Shown piece after piece: positions 63,040 through 64,000 of a DNA stretch of 64,000 nucleotides (the first letter of the stretch is position 1; the number at the start of each line of letters is the position of its first letter). The stretch is taken from assembly GCF_004010195.1 (NCBI RefSeq), contig NC_057718.1:45969897-46033896 (forward strand). Reading direction: 5' to 3'. The translations under genes were made by a program, and so were the position numbers. A model generated the notes under the pieces. The model had not been told where the DNA came from, made no database searches, and saw only the letters and a list, made by a program, of their open reading frames with translations. This DNA comes from Chiloscyllium plagiosum. Its lineage: Eukaryota.

Positions 63040-63267
63040 CTTCTGTGTGGGTTTAAATTTTATTGATCTAAAAAAATTGTTAAGCTTTCTGAACGCCCTT
63101 CAGTTCAGCAATGTTCTTTGTCCAAAGCATGCCTTTCAAGAGAAAAGTGTCCTTGAGTTTACTGTGCATCGTTGTGTGATGTTGTTCAAAATTTCCCTTT
63201 TTATTTACAATAAAAATTGCTAACATATAAAGCAAGTACTTATCTTTTATAGTTGTAAATAGAAATA
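63040..63267 (+). repeat. 228-bp inverted local duplication (putative donor copy)
   Basis: Reverse complement of 62064-62291. Confidence 0.95.
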
Positions 63268-64000
63268 CATCTTCCCATTCAGTGTGGAACGTGTACATTT
63301 TTAGTTTCTTTTCAGATGGTCTGGCCTCATCACTTTGTAGTTTGTGACATCACCCTGCTGCTGGCCACAGCAGGTTGATCCCTGGTCTGCGCCCCTTGAA
63401 CATCAGAATATTGCCTGCTGCTTTCCTGTGTGGAAAAGGCTGTGATGTGACTGCTCTGGACAGGACCCTGCTCAGCTTGAGTTGCTTGGGTATCAGACGT
63501 GGGTGTGGCAATGCCAGTATAATATTCTTTTGTCCTGCTCAGGCCTATTAGATAAGCAGCTGAAGAAAGGAAAATTGCAGGTCTATAGAAAATGAGCAAA
63601 GGAACAGGACTAGCTGAAGCAGTCTGGCATGGACATGATGAGCTGAATAGCCTTCTATATTTCTGGTACTGTAATACAGTGGCTTCGTATATCAGCTTCA
63701 AGTCTGTTTCTAATTTGTTTGTTTGTAATAACACCACAAAATTTACTTTGTCCTGCAATGATAGTCAATCTGAGCCAAACTGAAACACAATGCAAGAAGC
63801 TGGCAAAGCCTGTTAAAAGGATGTATTTAGCTCTTGCCGTGTGGCTACTGAAAGTGGAACTGCTGCAACATGATAACTGATGCAAGTATGATGAGGAATC
63901 GTGGATGCACGGTGAGATCAACTGTCAGAGACTCTGCACTCAACAATTCGATCACAATCTACACCTTGGAGATCTGGCGCTCAGCTCACACAGTTATGTG

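Noticed and set aside
63300..63380. Plus-strand splice acceptor TTTCTTTTCAG|ATG as a coding exon
   Set aside because: All three frames hit stops within about 65 nt and there is no strong donor.

Overview
This is vertebrate genomic DNA, AT-rich and CpG-depleted. The repeat repertoire points to a shark or ray (inference): HE1-type tRNA-derived V-SINEs, HER1/CR1-clade LINEs, GIY-YIG Penelope-like elements (PLEs) and a Deu-domain SINE relic. I found no intact protein-coding gene or convincing exon. The window looks intronic or intergenic, and roughly half or more is transposon-derived. Contents: many CR1 LINE copies (one nearly full length, one 5' fragment with a zinc-finger plus SGNH-esterase ORF1), several Penelope fragments, two decayed Gypsy integrase relics, a partial LTR, a decayed PIF/Harbinger transposase, Tc1/mariner-type MITEs and a 500-N scaffold gap. 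Four observations stand out. (1) A set of very short Penelope pseudo-LTR (pLTR) insertions, often fold-back and with 13-16 bp target-site duplications (TSDs), carry a minimal hammerhead-ribozyme core; their truncation or inversion points cluster at that core. (2) Two apparent locally templated insertions lie inside CR1 copies: 130 bp direct from 1.55 kb away and 228 bp inverted from about 1 kb away. (3) Several repeat-free AT-rich blocks may be conserved non-coding enhancers. (4) One unexplained, nearly open 182-codon frame. I cannot support a wholly new biological system from this sequence alone. Repeat boundaries are approximate unless a TSD or terminal inverted repeat (TIR) is quoted.
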